From NCBI GenBank assembly GCA_951406725.2, contig OX597823.1, positions 113,894,001-113,958,000 of the forward strand: a DNA stretch of 64,000 bases, read 5' to 3'. Under the pieces are notes generated by a model. That model worked only from the letters and a program-made list of their open reading frames with translations, was not told the origin of the DNA and did no database searches. A program made the translations under genes and the position numbers. Position 1 is the stretch's first letter, and every line of letters begins with the position of its first letter. This document shows positions 40,236-54,100 of this stretch, one piece after another. The DNA is from Octopus vulgaris (taxonomy: Eukaryota).

Positions 40236-40892
40236 TTCAGGACAGATAATATATTATATTTGATTGGGTGTGTCCAACTTAATATTAAATGCTGGCATTT
40301 TCACTCATCCGTTCTTACATTCATCCGTTCTTACATTCATCCTGAATTCCATACCCAACTTCCCACCTCTTCTCACATCAAATTCCCTGCTACCCGTATA
40401 CCCCTCCCCTTCTTTTATACGTTTCTTTCTTCATTCACATCCCTACATTTTCTCATCTCTATTTTTCCTTTCACCTTTTTTTGTTACTACTTATCATAAA
40501 GATATTTCCACATTACTAAAAAAAAAAACACTTATCCCTCCGCAGACTCTCTACTTCACCACCACCTCTCTATTTATCTCTTTCTTTTCCACACTCTTCA
40601 CTCTACCCCACTCGCATAGACATGCAAAAATGCTATTTTATACAATAGCACGTTACACTAGGTGCAAATTTAACTGCACCAGCTAATGTAAGAAATATAA
40701 TGTTGGAAGTACTTGAACAGACAATAGATTGCCATGTCTATTGTTCGGTTATGTCCTTTTCAGGACGAAATAATTTTTAACTTGTTGTCTACTGCCGAAC
40801 GTCCAGTACAAGTTAACCCAAGCTACACATTTTCCATTGGATATTCAGATCTATATTTAATTATTTTCACTACATAAGTAATTTGTTCTCCA

Positions 40893-40957
<65 letters not shown>

Positions 40958-41243
40958 CACTCTACAAACTAATGGTCAGTGCTCCGTTTTCCTGACTTGA
41001 GAAACCAATACGAGTTTTATATATATATTTTATATAATTATGTGCATATATGTGCGTGTGTGTTTGGGTAGAGATCTCAATCCATAGCTATCTTTCTCTT
41101 CATCTATCTTTCTGACTCTCTATGTATCTCTTTCTTTCTCTCTATACATATATATATATATATATATCAAAATGTGACCTCGTATGTACCGTTGGCGATA
41201 TTTTTCCTCTGTCTTCCCTTCTCTGGATCTTTCCTTCTCCTAT

Positions 41244-41278
41244 GTTTCCGACGAAGAGCTCCGCTCGAAATGTTGAAC
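41244..41278 (+). ncRNA. Minimal hammerhead motif, U4C variant
   Basis: gttt-CCGACGA-a-GAGC tcc GCTC-GAAA-tg-TT-gaac, in an element (41165-41380) homologous to 5220-5430. Confidence 0.65.
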
Positions 41279-41374
41279 CCTCCTTCTTTCCTTCTTTCCT
41301 GAGCATCCAATAATACTATATTTGTTCCACGTCCTCGCGTTGTTGTGTTTTTTTGTGTATTTTCTTGTTTGGAT

Positions 41375-41459
<85 letters not shown>

Positions 41460-41461
<2 letters not shown>

Positions 41462-41713
41462 ACAATTTAATAAATAGAACATATGCATACATACATATAT
41501 ATACATACCTACATCTATATGTATATATATATGCATATATGAGTACAGGACACCACAAAGAAACGTAGAACACAACGAGAAACGAAAACATAAAATCAAA
41601 CAAGGAAACGGACTTTTTTTAACAACGAAAAAACAGAGTACAAGACAAACAATACAACGAATATTCCCCTTCATCAGCTGCCCCTGCTTCGACTCAATGC
41701 GTGTTTCGAATGT

Positions 41714-41715
<2 letters not shown>
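41460..41715 (-). repeat. Short (TA)n-flanked dispersed repeat (copy of 8355-8610)
   Basis: Collinear reverse-complement similarity. Confidence 0.75.
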
Positions 41716-41749
<34 letters not shown>

Positions 41750-41951
41750 CGAGTCCCAATTTTGGCTATAATTTCCTCGTTAGGATTGTTAAAATCCGGA
41801 TACGAACCGTTGTTATTAATTGATATATTGAGAGAAAGTCCCACGATATATAGTGATAAACTATCCAATATTGTGTTACGTTAATATAACAAAATGTAGA
41901 GGAAATATAGTGGATACTATTTAATTTTATTTGTATCACGATAAAAACATC

Positions 41952-42323
41952 AAATACGAGGACTCAGAGAGAACAAATCTCTGCCAAGCCAACACCAAAA
42001 TCCTTTCAAAGATTAGCCAGAGATGATTTTTAAAATGGGAATAGCTGAAATAAACTCGACTGCTCTCACAAACGGGAATACTAAAAATGAACGCGACCGC
42101 TCTCAAAAATTAGGTAAAATAGAAAGGAAAAATTATCTAGAATCTTTGTCCGGTATCGGATCGATCCCAAAATTTAATCAGATCATGCCAATCACGAGGC
42201 AAGACATCCCCGAAAGTTTCATTCTAATCCATCCTGCGGTTCTTGAGACATTTTGTCTATAGGCAAACGAACAAACAAACACGACTGAAAACAGTTCCGC
42301 CGCCATCGCTAAGGCGGGGGTAA
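41952..42323. mobile_element. HINE/DINE-1-like (Helentron-associated) non-autonomous element
   Basis: One end gaggactcagagag..ctctgccaagcc, the other ccgccgccatcgctaaggcgggggtaa (terminal hairpin / subterminal inverted repeat). Typical interior ccaaaatttaatcag..aagtttcat..aatcc..cggtt..ttgag and (caaa)n. Confidence 0.6.
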
Positions 42324-42755
42324 CAATGTTATACATATAAGATTTAACCGAACAGATTCAACATAAAAATAACTATAAAAGGTGCCTACACATTTTTCCG
42401 AACCGGCCACTAGGTGGACTCCATTATGTAAGCATTCGCCTTGATGAAATCTGGTCATACTGTGGGGTTCTTTTATATTTAACATGGTTCGAATCCTAAT
42501 GATCAGAAGCAATGTTCACCTAGTGGTCGAAACATGTGCAGGTATCTGTTATGCTTATTTCTTATGTTGATTCTGTTCCTTTAAATATTATATGTATATC
42601 ATGATTCAATGTGTTTTCATCGTGATACAAATAAAATTAAATATATTTCTTCTCCATTTTCTTATATTAACTATATATACAAAATTTAACTTTTTTTAAG
42701 ATATGCTAAGCCACTGGTTTTAATTGATTAATATCAATTTCTACCCTTATTATTA

Positions 42756-42821
<66 letters not shown>

Positions 42822-43607
42822 TTAGGCACGCATATAATGATATCATTTCCTGCTGTACGCGACATCTAGCATAAACATCAAGCGCTCAATGCATAATCGA
42901 AACCACAGCACCAAGTGTATCTTAATAAAAGCAACTCTATTCAGCACCATGTATCCCTAACTGACCATCAAATGAAAAATGCATTAACAAAAATGTTCAT
43001 GCCTCACATATTTGCTCTTTTCTTATGTTGGCACCATTAATAATCAGCTTAACAATTTTAAATACAGAGCGAATTCAAATAAACCAACTTCATAGACATT
43101 GAAATAAAGCTAGTTTGTCCACACAAACTTAAGCAAACTTACCCTATACTCATGAACATGTCTATAACATACCTCACACACTACCACATAAAAATGCACA
43201 AATATAAATAAAGACACTCTGCGTACACCATTACGTACTAAACTTGACATAAAATCTAAACACTCCTCTCACAAGTACATCCAATGGGTAATCCTTTTTA
43301 GTTAGACGAGTAGTGTTAAGTCAGTGGCCATTTCAGGTTGGAAATTAAAAGTATTTTCAAAAGAAATGTGGTGCTTTATCTTTTTGTAAACTTGAGAAGA
43401 TACGTAATACAGTCTAAATACACACACACATACACACACAGACACTGACGCACAAACACACAGACACAGACAAACACACACAAACAAACACACAAATATA
43501 TATATATATATATAAATACCCACATTTGCAAGGAGTGTGTTTATATATATGCATATATATGTGTGCACCTGTATATGCATGTAAATATAATATATATACA
43601 TAGGTAA

Positions 43608-43993
43608 GGTAGCGAGGTGGCAGAAACGTTAGGACACCGGGCGTTAGCGGTAGTTCGTCTACAGCTACTTTCTGAGTTCAAATTCCAGCGAGGTCAACTT
43701 TGCGTTTCATCCTTTCGGGGTCGATTAAATAAGTACCGGTTACGCACTGGGATCGATATAATCGACTTAATTCGTGTGTCTGTCCTTGTTTGTCCTCTCT
43801 GTGTTTAGCCCCTTGTGGGTAGTAAAGAAATAGGTATTTATTCTGCCGCTACGTTCTGGGTTCAAATTCCGCCGAGATCGAATTTGCGTTTCATCTTTTC
43901 GAGGTCGATGAATTAAGTACAAGTACTGGATCGATCTAATCGACTGGCCCTCTCCTCCAAAATTTTCGGCTTGTGCCTAGAGTAGAAAAGAAT
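43608..43993 (+). mobile_element. SINE family A dimer
   Basis: Head plus unit, restart after aaagaaata-ggtatt at about 43832. Ends in the alternative tail gcctagagtagaaaagaat. Confidence 0.85.
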
Positions 43994-44119
43994 TTATATA
44001 CATAGGTACATGATCAAGCATGACCCTACGATTACATTGTCTTCTTCCAACCAGGATAAATGCATTATAATCATAAAATTACAGGAACTCGCTCAGGAAG
44101 TGAAACAATATTATAGCCT

Positions 44120-44360
44120 TATTGAAAGTGAAAGAATATAATTGAAACAATATTATACCGCTGAAAAAATCGGAAGGGCCGTAAGGGTGTGTGGCTACAG
44201 ATCCCTATCTGGGCAAGTACCAAAATTTGACCCCTAGTCCTAGAACCTTCCACAAGTAATGAAAGACCTCCATAGCAAATTTGGTACAGATTTATCCAGC
44301 GGTTTGGTCGTGCATAGGGGAAACACACATGCACACACAGTGAATTTTATAGATATAGAT
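44120..44360 (-). mobile_element. Helitron-like non-autonomous element, 5' end fragment
   Basis: Minus strand starts aTCtatatctataaaattcactgtgtgtg. The plus strand has aaatttggtacagatttatccagcggtttgg, a layout common in such elements (recalled, not searched). Confidence 0.45.
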
Positions 44361-44367
44361 GTATGTA

Positions 44368-45657
44368 CGAGGGGCGTTCAATAAGTAATGCCCCTGACCC
44401 ACTTCCCATAGCAGTAGAGCAACGAAACTTGGCACAGTTATTAGTCATTTTCTACATAGGAACCACTCAGAGTTAAGCATTTCTCCCATCGTTTGATGCG
44501 GCTCTGGAGACTGTTTTTGTAGAAGAACCCAGCTTGGTCCTCCAACCTCAACGTGACTTCAGAAATCAAGGCTGCATCATCTGGGAAACGCTTTCCTTTC
44601 AAAAACAACTTCATGATTGGGAAGTGGTGAAAATCAGAGGGTTCAAGGTCAGGAAAGTAGGGGGGATGGGGAGGAGTTCATAGCCATACGCCTGTGCTTC
44701 TGATCTGGCGACAAGCGAGTTGTGGACCGGAGCGTTGTCCTGCAGGAGGAGGATGCCTTTGCTAATCTTGCCCCGCCTCTTGATTTTGATAACTTCTCTT
44801 AATTTCCTCAAAAGTGAAGCATAATAGGCTCCTGCAATTGTGGTACCCTTTGCCAGGAAATCTGTCATCACTACTCCGTCCTGGTCCCAGAAGACTGTGA
44901 GCATGACCTTGCCAGCGGAGGGCTGCACCCTTGCCTTCTTTGGAGGGGGTGAGTCACGGTGCTTCCACTGCATTGACTGGGCTTTGGTCTCTGGATCATC
45001 GTGATGGACCCAGGTTTCATCCTGTGTAATCAGTCTTTTGAAAAATTTTGACTCATCTTCTTGGCACATCTCCAAATTCACCCTCGAGCACTCGACGCGT
45101 TCTTGCTTCTGGAAAGGCGTGAGCAACCTGGGAATCCATCTGGCAGACACCTTTTGCATATGCAAATGGCCATGAATGATAGTTTCCACAGACCCGGTAC
45201 TAATCTTGACCTCATGGGCTATTTGGCGAATAATTATGCGTCGATCTTCCAAAATGGCAGCCTCAACTTGACGGACAGATGCCTCATCAATGGCAGAAGG
45301 GGCGACCAGATCTGGGAACTGTTTCCACAGAGTTCCGACCATGTTTGAATTCACGATGCCAGCGTTTTACAAGGTCATATGATGGGGCATAATCACCATA
45401 AGTTACTTTCATTTCATCAAAAGTCTCCCGTGGTGTGCGTCCTTTCAAATACAAAAACCGGATCACTGCTCGACACTCAACAGGCTCCATTTCACACTTG
45501 ACTCGGTTCAAACACCTGTAAATCAGAAACCACAATTAATTCAGAGCTGTAATTTGCCACTTACTCTATAGATATATAAATAATTGCACATGCAAAGTTT
45601 CAGCTAGATCAACCAACTGCAAGTGGGTCAAAGGCATTACTTATTGAACGTCCCTCG
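44368..45657 (-). mobile_element. Full-length mariner (DD34D, irritans/Himar1-like), 1290 bp
   Basis: 37-bp TIRs CGAGGGGCGTTCAATAAGTAATGCCCCTGACCCACTT / CGAGGGACGTTCAATAAGTAATGCCTTTGACCCACTT (3 mismatches), TA on both sides. Confidence 0.97.
44441..45490 (-). pseudogene. mariner transposase, about 350 aa, two frameshifts, no in-frame stops seen
   Basis: MEPVECRAVIRFL..PRSGRP / SAID..WIPRLL..ITQDETWVH..KVMLTVFWD..LLQDNAPVH..LLP / HPPYFPDLEPSDF..KRWEKC..SYVEND*. 34 residues between the 2nd and 3rd D. Confidence 0.93.
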
Positions 45658-45674
45658 TATATATATATAACGAG

Positions 45675-45785
45675 TTTGTTTAAGTTTCCGTCTACCAAAT
45701 CCACTTACAAGGCTTTTGTTGGCACGGGTCTATAGTAGAAGACACATAACCAATTTTCCACGCTGAGAGACTGAACCCGTAACCA
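45675..45785 (-). mobile_element. SINE family B fragment
   Basis: agtttccgtctaccaaatccact.acaaggc...tatagtagaagacac...gactgaacccg.aacca. Confidence 0.75.
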
Positions 45786-45818
<33 letters not shown>

Positions 45819-46548
45819 TGGATATATGTAAATTTTGAATGTAAAATATTAGAATTCAAGGCACTATTCAGTAGAATGTGTACTGTTGAACAATACTATA
45901 GTGAATAACTCAACCGTTGCTCCTGGGAACATATTATTTCTTGAAGATTTGCACCCCTTATCTAATAGACATTGTGACCGAAACTTCATCGTAATCTTCT
46001 CTATGCTTTTTATATCAGCACGATGTAGTTCATGGTTGCACACGCTAAACTTACATATTTGAAATATGAAATTTATTGCAAGCCTTTGTTAAGCATGAAC
46101 TCTAAAAAATGCCAATGAAATCTACTGCTACGATTATCTTCGCATACGCACGTATATACGTACATTATTGTTTGTGTATCTGCCCTGTCTATATATTCGT
46201 GATGGACGTAAATATTCAGTAGAAAATTGAATAGTATAAACTCTTTTGTTATTCGCTCCGTCAAAATGCAATTATAGCAATATGCTTTAGTGGAGTGAAT
46301 CAACTGTAACCCTCTTTCGAAAATTTTGTTTCTACCAAATAGCTGAAATCAAATTCTACGTAAGGTAAAACATTAAAGCAATTTACTTTTAATTACGTTG
46401 CGCTTTCGTCCAATGTTCAAAACCTCATCGGCCTTAGTTATCAATAAATACTAGTTAGAGAGGTTGTTCGTTATACTCACTTTATTATCAGTTACATCGT
46501 GCATATGCGCTTTTCTAAGAAGAATTCGTTACTTGAAAATTTATTGTT

Positions 46549-46615
<67 letters not shown>

Positions 46616-47245
46616 ATACAGACTAGTTTCTTGATGTTGTATAAGTACTCACCAATTTAAATGGTGTTATTTCTCTTTAGTAGAAGGAGTACAAGCTCTA
46701 TCAAGTTGATAAACTCTTGTTAGGAAATCTTATATAAAATCTGACAAATCGAGGAAAACACAAATTTTACTATTTTTGGGGTGCGATAAAAACCAGATTT
46801 ACTGAAAGAAGTAGCACGGTGACCTGGTTACGTTTGTTCAATGGTAACTAAGCGTGTCGTGTGTATACTGAACATGTTATCCACCCAAGACACACTGCTT
46901 CTTTAGTTTTAATCTATGAGTAAGATTATATTCAATATGTATTTGAATGGAGAAATAAGAAGCCGCAAAAGATAAGAAAATTGTCAGAACATGGATTCGA
47001 AACAGTGTCTCACTTCCCTAAAAATTCTGCCCAGAAAGCTAGAATGAAAATGTTAGGAAGAAGTGAAAGAGAAACATGATGTAAGGTTGATTTGCATCTG
47101 CGTGAGAAAGGAAGAATTTATTTCCTTTCTTACGTCCCATTTTAAATAAATGAATGAGTTGTCACCATTGTGTTCGTAGACCATCGGACGCGAATGAAAT
47201 CGATACGGTTGAGGTTATTGAGATGGTTGAGTGCTTGCGTCTTTC

Positions 47246-47291
<46 letters not shown>

Positions 47292-48306
47292 TTGTATTAT
47301 GAAGGCAAGTCTGCGTCTGTGCAAAGACTACACAAATATAAAAGGTAGTTTTAAATATTGGCTAATAGCCAGAGCAAGAGAAATCTCTGGAGATGAGAGG
47401 CGTGATATCATTAATCTATTTTTTGAATTACGATTTCTTTCGATATCTAAATACATTTCGTTTACCTTGCATCCAAATCTCATCTTTCTATCCAAAGATA
47501 GGACAACCATAATAAATCAAATCATATATTATGCTTACTCCGCCTCCTGTGGATATTACCATTATTAAGAAAGATTTCACTGCTCTCATCTACCTTAAAA
47601 TAATTTAAACCAAATAATTCATTTAAATATTGTTTTCGTTTTGTTTTATACTCGAATTGTGGTTTTTCGTTTCTATATTTTTTCTTTTCTGTTTTCATTT
47701 CTTTTTTTTTTCAAAATAACAAATTGCTTGTTTTTATTTTTATATTTGTGTTTGTGTACTTTAGAAAGTGTTGAGAAATTACTATGAAAAATGACTGCAA
47801 TAAAATTCAATAAAAACGGTTGAATTCGTACATCTAAACGGAGATGTTATACCCAAAGGAGTAATGTTTTAAAACGATTCCTAAATTATATTTTGTAAAT
47901 AATTTAATAGAAACATTGAAATCTCTATATGATTGCAATGAAAATAGTTAGGTAATATATACTTCCTCACACCACAAACGTTAAAAGATATTCTTAAGCA
48001 ATTGATTCGTGCCAGCCATTTTCAAGTATAAATGACGTTGTATAATATACGATACAGCTACCGCTACCAGGTTTTGTTTAATAAAACTTTGACAAACATG
48101 CTGGAAATGAAACCAGAGAGTTGCTGAGTTATAGAACGATAAATTTGAAATACTATTTACGCATTTTAAAAACCAAAGGTTGCATCTACAAATCAGCGAA
48201 ATAGTTATTCCTGTATGATGAAATAAACACCTCTTCTTCTAATCCTCAACTCATGTACACAAACATGATACATTTAGTAGAGATGTCAACATTACACGCA
48301 CGTAAG

Positions 48307-48490
48307 GGCGCGAACTGGCAGAATCTTTAGCCCACGGGAAAAATACTTAGTGGCATTTAATCCAGCATTGCGTTCTGAGTTCAAATTCCACCGAATTCAG
48401 TTTCTTTTTCGTTCTTTCAAGGTCTATAAGATAGAAGCAGTTCAGCATTGGCTTCAATTCAATCGACTCCGAATTTCCTAGTCTGTGTCA
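48307..48490 (+). mobile_element. SINE family A, degenerate
   Basis: ggcgcgaactggcagaatc...cgttctgagttcaaattccaccga. Confidence 0.7.
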
Positions 48491-48523
48491 ACATTTTAAA
48501 CTAATTTAATGCACCATGTATAC

Positions 48524-48621
48524 GCACAGAAGTGGCTGTATAGTAAATAGCTTGCTTAACAAGCACATGGTTCTGGGTTCAATCCTATTGCGTGGCACCT
48601 TGAGGAAGCGTCTCTACTATA
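48524..48621 (+). mobile_element. SINE family B, head only
   Basis: gcacagaagtggctgtatagtaaatagcttgctta...gggttcaatcc...gcgtggcaccttg, ending in (TA)n. Confidence 0.75.
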
Positions 48622-48705
48622 TATATATATAGTTATATATATACTTATATATATTTATATATACACAACATATATATAAATATATATGTATATATTTATA
48701 TGTAT

Positions 48706-49101
48706 ACTCTTACTCTTTTACTCTTTTACTTGTTTCAGTCCTTTGACTGCGGCCATGCTGGAGCACCGCCTTTAGTCGAGCAAATCGACCCCAGGACTTA
48801 TTCTTTGCAAGCCAAGTACTTATTCTATCGGTCTCTTTTGCCGAACCACTAAGTGACGGGGACGTAAACACACCAGCATCGGTTGTCAAGCAATGCTAGG
48901 GGGACAAACACACACACACATACACACATATATATATACAACAGGCTTCTTTCAGTTTCCGTCTACCAAATCCACTCACAAGGCATTGGTCGGCCCGGGC
49001 TATAGCGGAAGACACTTGCCCAAGATGCCACACAGTTGTACTGAACCAGGAACCATGTGGTTGGTTAGTAAGCTACTTACCACACAGCCACTCCTGCGCC
49101 T
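48706..49101 (-). mobile_element. SINE family B, full length
   Basis: Reverse complement of the 15729-16146 type. Confidence 0.9.
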
Positions 49102-49104
49102 ATT

Positions 49105-49162
<58 letters not shown>

Positions 49163-49305
49163 TATATACATATACACATATATATTTATATTGATATATT
49201 TATGCATTTATATATATATATAAATTTATATATGTATTTCTATATTTATATATACATATAGATTTATATATATACATATATATATATATATTTACATACA
49301 CATAC

Positions 49306-49346
<41 letters not shown>

Positions 49347-50330
49347 AATTACATATTTATATAAATTCATGTATATATGCGTATATATATATATGTATAT
49401 TTACATATAAATATATATTTACATATTTATATATATATTTCAAATTTATATATATATATTACATATCAATTTATATATATATACATGTAAATATACATAA
49501 ATTTATATACATATATGCACAAATTTATAAATATACATATATAAATCTATATATATACTCACACACACACACATACACACACATATATATTGAGAAAAGT
49601 GTACCTATGCAGGTATATCTAGGTCTATATGTATGTGTATATTGGAACCTGCAATGCTAGATTGATTTCATTTTTATGAGACGAAAAGCATTACATATTA
49701 TTTTCATCGTTACTGCATTTAATGAACTACAAAACATAATCTTCGTAGATAAATTGATTAGCTATGCATTAAGTCATTCGGTTTAGAACAAACCAAAAAA
49801 TAATGATACATATAAAATTCTATGTGTAAACGTTATATGACATAATCTAATGATAGAACCTGTAACGCTCAGCTTCGAATATGTGAAACGCCAAAAATTC
49901 ATTATAATTCGATCGGATCGTTATTTTATATATTTATTTATTTCTTATTTATTTGTTTTATATCTTCTTGAAATGGATGAATGTGATTAACTGCCAAGGA
50001 AAGCAATTCATTAATATCATTTCTGATAACCACAAGTTAATATAAGTGGCGGAACTATGTTGGTCCATGATTTTTAATAAGGCGAGATTTTATCGTAAAA
50101 CCGACATGTTATTACGTTATTTCCTAATAAACTTACAGAGAATTGGAAAATTATTTGTTTTCACTTTTTCTAATTTTAGTGGCTACAGTTTTTTTTTTCC
50201 TTTCAACTTTCTCATGCGGTTCGTTTAGTTATATTTTACTTTTACACTAATAATTCTAGAGAAATTATTAAATCTCATCTCTCATCTTCTTTCTCACCTC
50301 AAAATCAATTATGTAGGAAGTTTATTATGA

Positions 50331-50372
<42 letters not shown>

Positions 50373-50391
50373 GTTATTATTATTATTATTT

Positions 50392-50450
<59 letters not shown>

Positions 50451-50480
50451 CGTGGTGGTCGTCGTCATCATCGTCGTCGT
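50331..50480 (+). repeat. (ATT)n-(GTA)n-(GTC)n compound microsatellite
   Basis: Seen directly; another (ATT)n tract at 42747-42819. Confidence 0.95.
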
Positions 50481-51309
50481 TGTTTACCGAACTTTCACTC
50501 GGAGTTTGTTATTATTAGAGGTTCCCCGTGGAAATGAGAAAATATAAAAATTTGTAAAAATCTATCTGGTACACGTTACATTGCAACACATGTAAGCACG
50601 CATTGGTGAACAAAACTGGAGAGAGCTTATAAAGAAATACACTTGATGTTATCATAAGACGAGAACAGACCGGCATTATGCATTCAATAAACATGAAATA
50701 TATACATTTATCTATATAAATATACTGCGATTTGGTTAGGGTCAAAAAAGATCAAACACAAAAGAAATTCATCTACAATCATAATAAAAATATGTTGGTA
50801 TTTAGTAATGTACAATGATTTTCCTGATTGCCTACGAGTTCGAAAAAAATCTTTGCCATTTCGGTCGATCAGGGGTCGTAACAATGAAAATTTATGCAAC
50901 CTTCTGGATGAGTGCTTTACAAAACCAGTCCGAAGTCATGACACGGGGAGTTGACTTTAGCAAGATTTGAACTCAGAACCTCTGTGAAACGGATCAAATA
51001 GCACAGACCAATAAATCTGATGGCGTACGCCCTATCCCAGCTACGAAGCATACGTTCTCTTCACGATGGTAAAAATAAACATTAGCGACAGGGGCAGTAA
51101 TAAAACCGAGAGGTAATTGTTATCTCCACTTAGATGTAGATGTTCCATTGGACTAGAGTATAGTGCAGTAGATACCATGAGAGAAAATCTCATGTTGGCT
51201 TTTCGTGCAAAATGCACACTTGCTTATATATTCACTGTTGTTATCTCTTCTATTATGTGTATAAGATACATAAATGCTAGTGATTCGGTTATTTTACATG
51301 GGTATCATG

Positions 51310-51380
51310 TAAATATCATTAAATATTATTAAATATTATTAAATATTATTAAATATCATTAAATATTATTAAATATTATT
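51310..51380 (+). repeat. 10-bp minisatellite (taaatattat) x about 7
   Basis: Seen directly. Confidence 0.9.
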
Positions 51381-51755
51381 GAGATTTATCAATGTTAATA
51401 ATATGATACAATATTATCAAGATTGCTAAATATTAAATGGTTGCCATGAGAAAGGACAATTGACAGGGATGCGCTAAGGAAGAAATACTTGAAATATGTG
51501 CTCCTCTTGCTAAAATTAGCAGACAAATATCCCTCAAATTTCAAAATAAAATTAGATTCTGGATACAAAACAGGAACAGTTTTGAGCTTGGATTGTTTTG
51601 AAGATGGATAACCTGGAAAGGAAGAAAATGTACAACAAAATATTTGTATAAAAAGTGGGCTTTTGTTCAACTGACAAATATTTAGCTTGGTTACAATGGT
51701 GGGTTGAACTTTGACAAATGTATGGAAGGAAGAGTATAAGTGAGGCAGACTCATA

Positions 51756-52014
51756 AATAAAATAAATGCACCCTTTTAAAGCCTAGCCAGGCTCATGTGC
51801 CCGGTTTCCCGGTTTCAATGGCGTATGTGTTCCCCAACTGGACGGGACGCCAGTCCAACGCAACGTTACTCATTTTTGCCACCTGAGTGAACGGGAGCAA
51901 CGTGAAATGAAGTGTTTTGCTCAAGAACACAACGCGTTGCCCGGTCCAGGAATCGAAACCACAATCTTACGATCATGATACTGACGCCCTAACCACTAAG
52001 CCACGCACCTCCAC
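51756..52014 (-). mobile_element. tRNA-derived SINE with CORE-like body, full length with TSD
   Basis: Head gtggaggtgcgtggcttagtggttagggcg...ggtttcgattcc, body gtgttcttgagcaaaacacttcatttcacgttgctc, T-rich (attt) tail. Flanked by aggcagactcata (51743-51755) / aggcagattcata (52015-52027). Confidence 0.9.
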
Positions 52015-52059
52015 AGGCAGATTCATAGCAACGGACAAATACATTTTCTGCAATCTCTT

Positions 52060-52210
52060 TCGGTTCCTTACATTCTGAGTTCAAATGTTCACTTTGACTT
52101 TCATCCCTTCAGGAACGATAAGATAACGCACCAGTTTGGTACTTAGGTTGATATAATGAAAAATTCTTTATCAATTCCCAAGCCCTGTGCTTATTTTAGA
52201 AAGAATTATT
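52060..52210 (+). mobile_element. SINE family A, old fragment
   Basis: ttctgagttcaaat..actttgactttcatccctt...gccctgtgc..agaaagaattatt. Confidence 0.55.
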
Positions 52211-53149
52211 ATTGATATTTTAGAGACCTGACCTCATTTTATACATGGAAAATTATTTAGCTGCAGGTATTGATTTGATTATTGTTCTTGTTGTTCATTT
52301 TTTTTTTGTGTGTGATGAAAGACGTTCGAACTATAGCGATCACGTTCAGTCGGATGTTTCTTGTGTACATTTTGTGTGGATGTTTACAATGTGTAACTCT
52401 CCCCTGAGGTGCTTGTTCACAGCCATATTCATGATCCTTATCAATTCTTCCTGAGTCATTGTATCGCGAACAATATTATCCAGTGCGCTCTTCTTTGATT
52501 AGACCTGCCGGGTGTTCTTTCAGAAAGAATTGTCTGCAATTTGCCGTAGGTGGAGGTTACCCCTATTAATAGAATAAGAAATACTTCCACATAATAGGAT
52601 GACTACACACAGAAGATCGCATAAACAATTATGTTTATTACTCTGAAAATGCGTTACAATATACCGAATATTGCCATACTACATCATAATGGAATTTCAG
52701 CTATCGCTTGAACTTTTCAGTTAATTAATACATTTAACAGTAACTATTAGCTGAAATATTTCACTATTTCTGCTTCAGAATTAATTGATTATAAAACTAA
52801 CGTGATTTGAATTCATTCAGACAAGCAGTATTAATAGAACACAACAAAAAATACGCTAAGTAACATATGTATTGTGTTGACAAATAAGAATTATAGATGC
52901 TTGGTTCTTTCACTTTTTCTTCCTCTATATACGTCCAGAAGCTTCTTATCACTATTTCCACAACATTTCTATGATACTGTAGGCATTATGAACATTTTAA
53001 TATTCACAAATTCAAGATCATCTTTTCATTTTGTGATAGTATAGTCACCTACATTGCCTATTTCAACAGAAACAATCACATATCCATAGTCTCTAACCGT
53101 ATCCCTGTAACTGCTGAAATCTTACCAACTATCAACAGGAAGTATCCTG

Positions 53150-54100
53150 CTTTTGAAAAGCTAGACCCCCCCCCCTTATGAGTAGGCACTGTTGATAATA
53201 ACAAACTTGGGGTGCGTAAGGATGCGCCATGGAATTTTATCAAGGATGCTTCATTTGTTGTTGGGAAAGTTGTGCTATTGATCTCGAACTCTGCCGATGA
53301 AATGGGACAGGGAGGGGAAGGTTTCCCTGCAAACTACGCCCGAAAGAGTGAATGTGTTGCGTAAATCCTCCTTTGAAATCATTAGTTATGATGCTCGAGA
53401 AGTGCTTCGTGACGTCCTCGAACATCGGTTACAACTTTAGAGAGAGCTTTTTACGTACGCAGAGTAAACTTTAATGGTAGATTTTCTAAGTATCATTCTC
53501 TGAAAGTGATTAATTAATAATTTCGTTCCTGATAGAAATCTGAGATTTCGGGAAACAGTCGCAAACACTTTTATGGAATGGATTTGTCAGAGAGGGGTAT
53601 AATACTCTGTTGATGAGGAGTTTCTATTCGTGGGGGAGTTTTATGCTTTTATTTGCTGGTAGTTTTCCGCTTTATTTCGTATGGATATTCGAGAGTGTGG
53701 TAATGTGGATAAGCGTGCATATATCTGTTTGCAAAATTATATTATTTCTAATTTTTGCCACCAGTTAAAACAAATAAGTCAGCAAATTGTTGCTGTATGG
53801 TGGGCTAGGTTTAGGTAGCAATTAAAACGAAACGGGGGAAAGGTTTACAGATTTACCTTTGAGGAAGGAATTCAGGTTATTAAAACAGTTTTTGTGGGGA
53901 ATGGCTATGATCAGAGACTAGAACAAGGATGAAGTGATGTATCGTGCATCAAGTCTGTAGTGGCTTTGTAGTTTGTGAGTAAAGACTTTTAAGGCCAGCA
54001 AAGTAGTTATGTTGAAGATCACAGTGGAATAAAATAAAGTTTACGTCGGATTGGTATAGGGAATGGAGGAGCAAATCTATTGGTTTTGAATTTGACAAAT
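53150..54100 (-). mobile_element. Highly degraded PLE (RT-endonuclease linker and GIY-YIG region)
   Basis: Minus-strand pieces PPYSNNL, TTLSNIH and KHFSSIITNDFKGGFTQHIHSF occur in the order expected for PLE NPPYS..N / SY...PNI / YIG.T...FK.RF..H..SF. Confidence 0.45.

Noticed and set aside
51395-51754. Coding-like composition, possible exon or transposon fragment
   Set aside because: Stops in all plus frames, no recognisable motif in the minus ORF and no clear splice sites.
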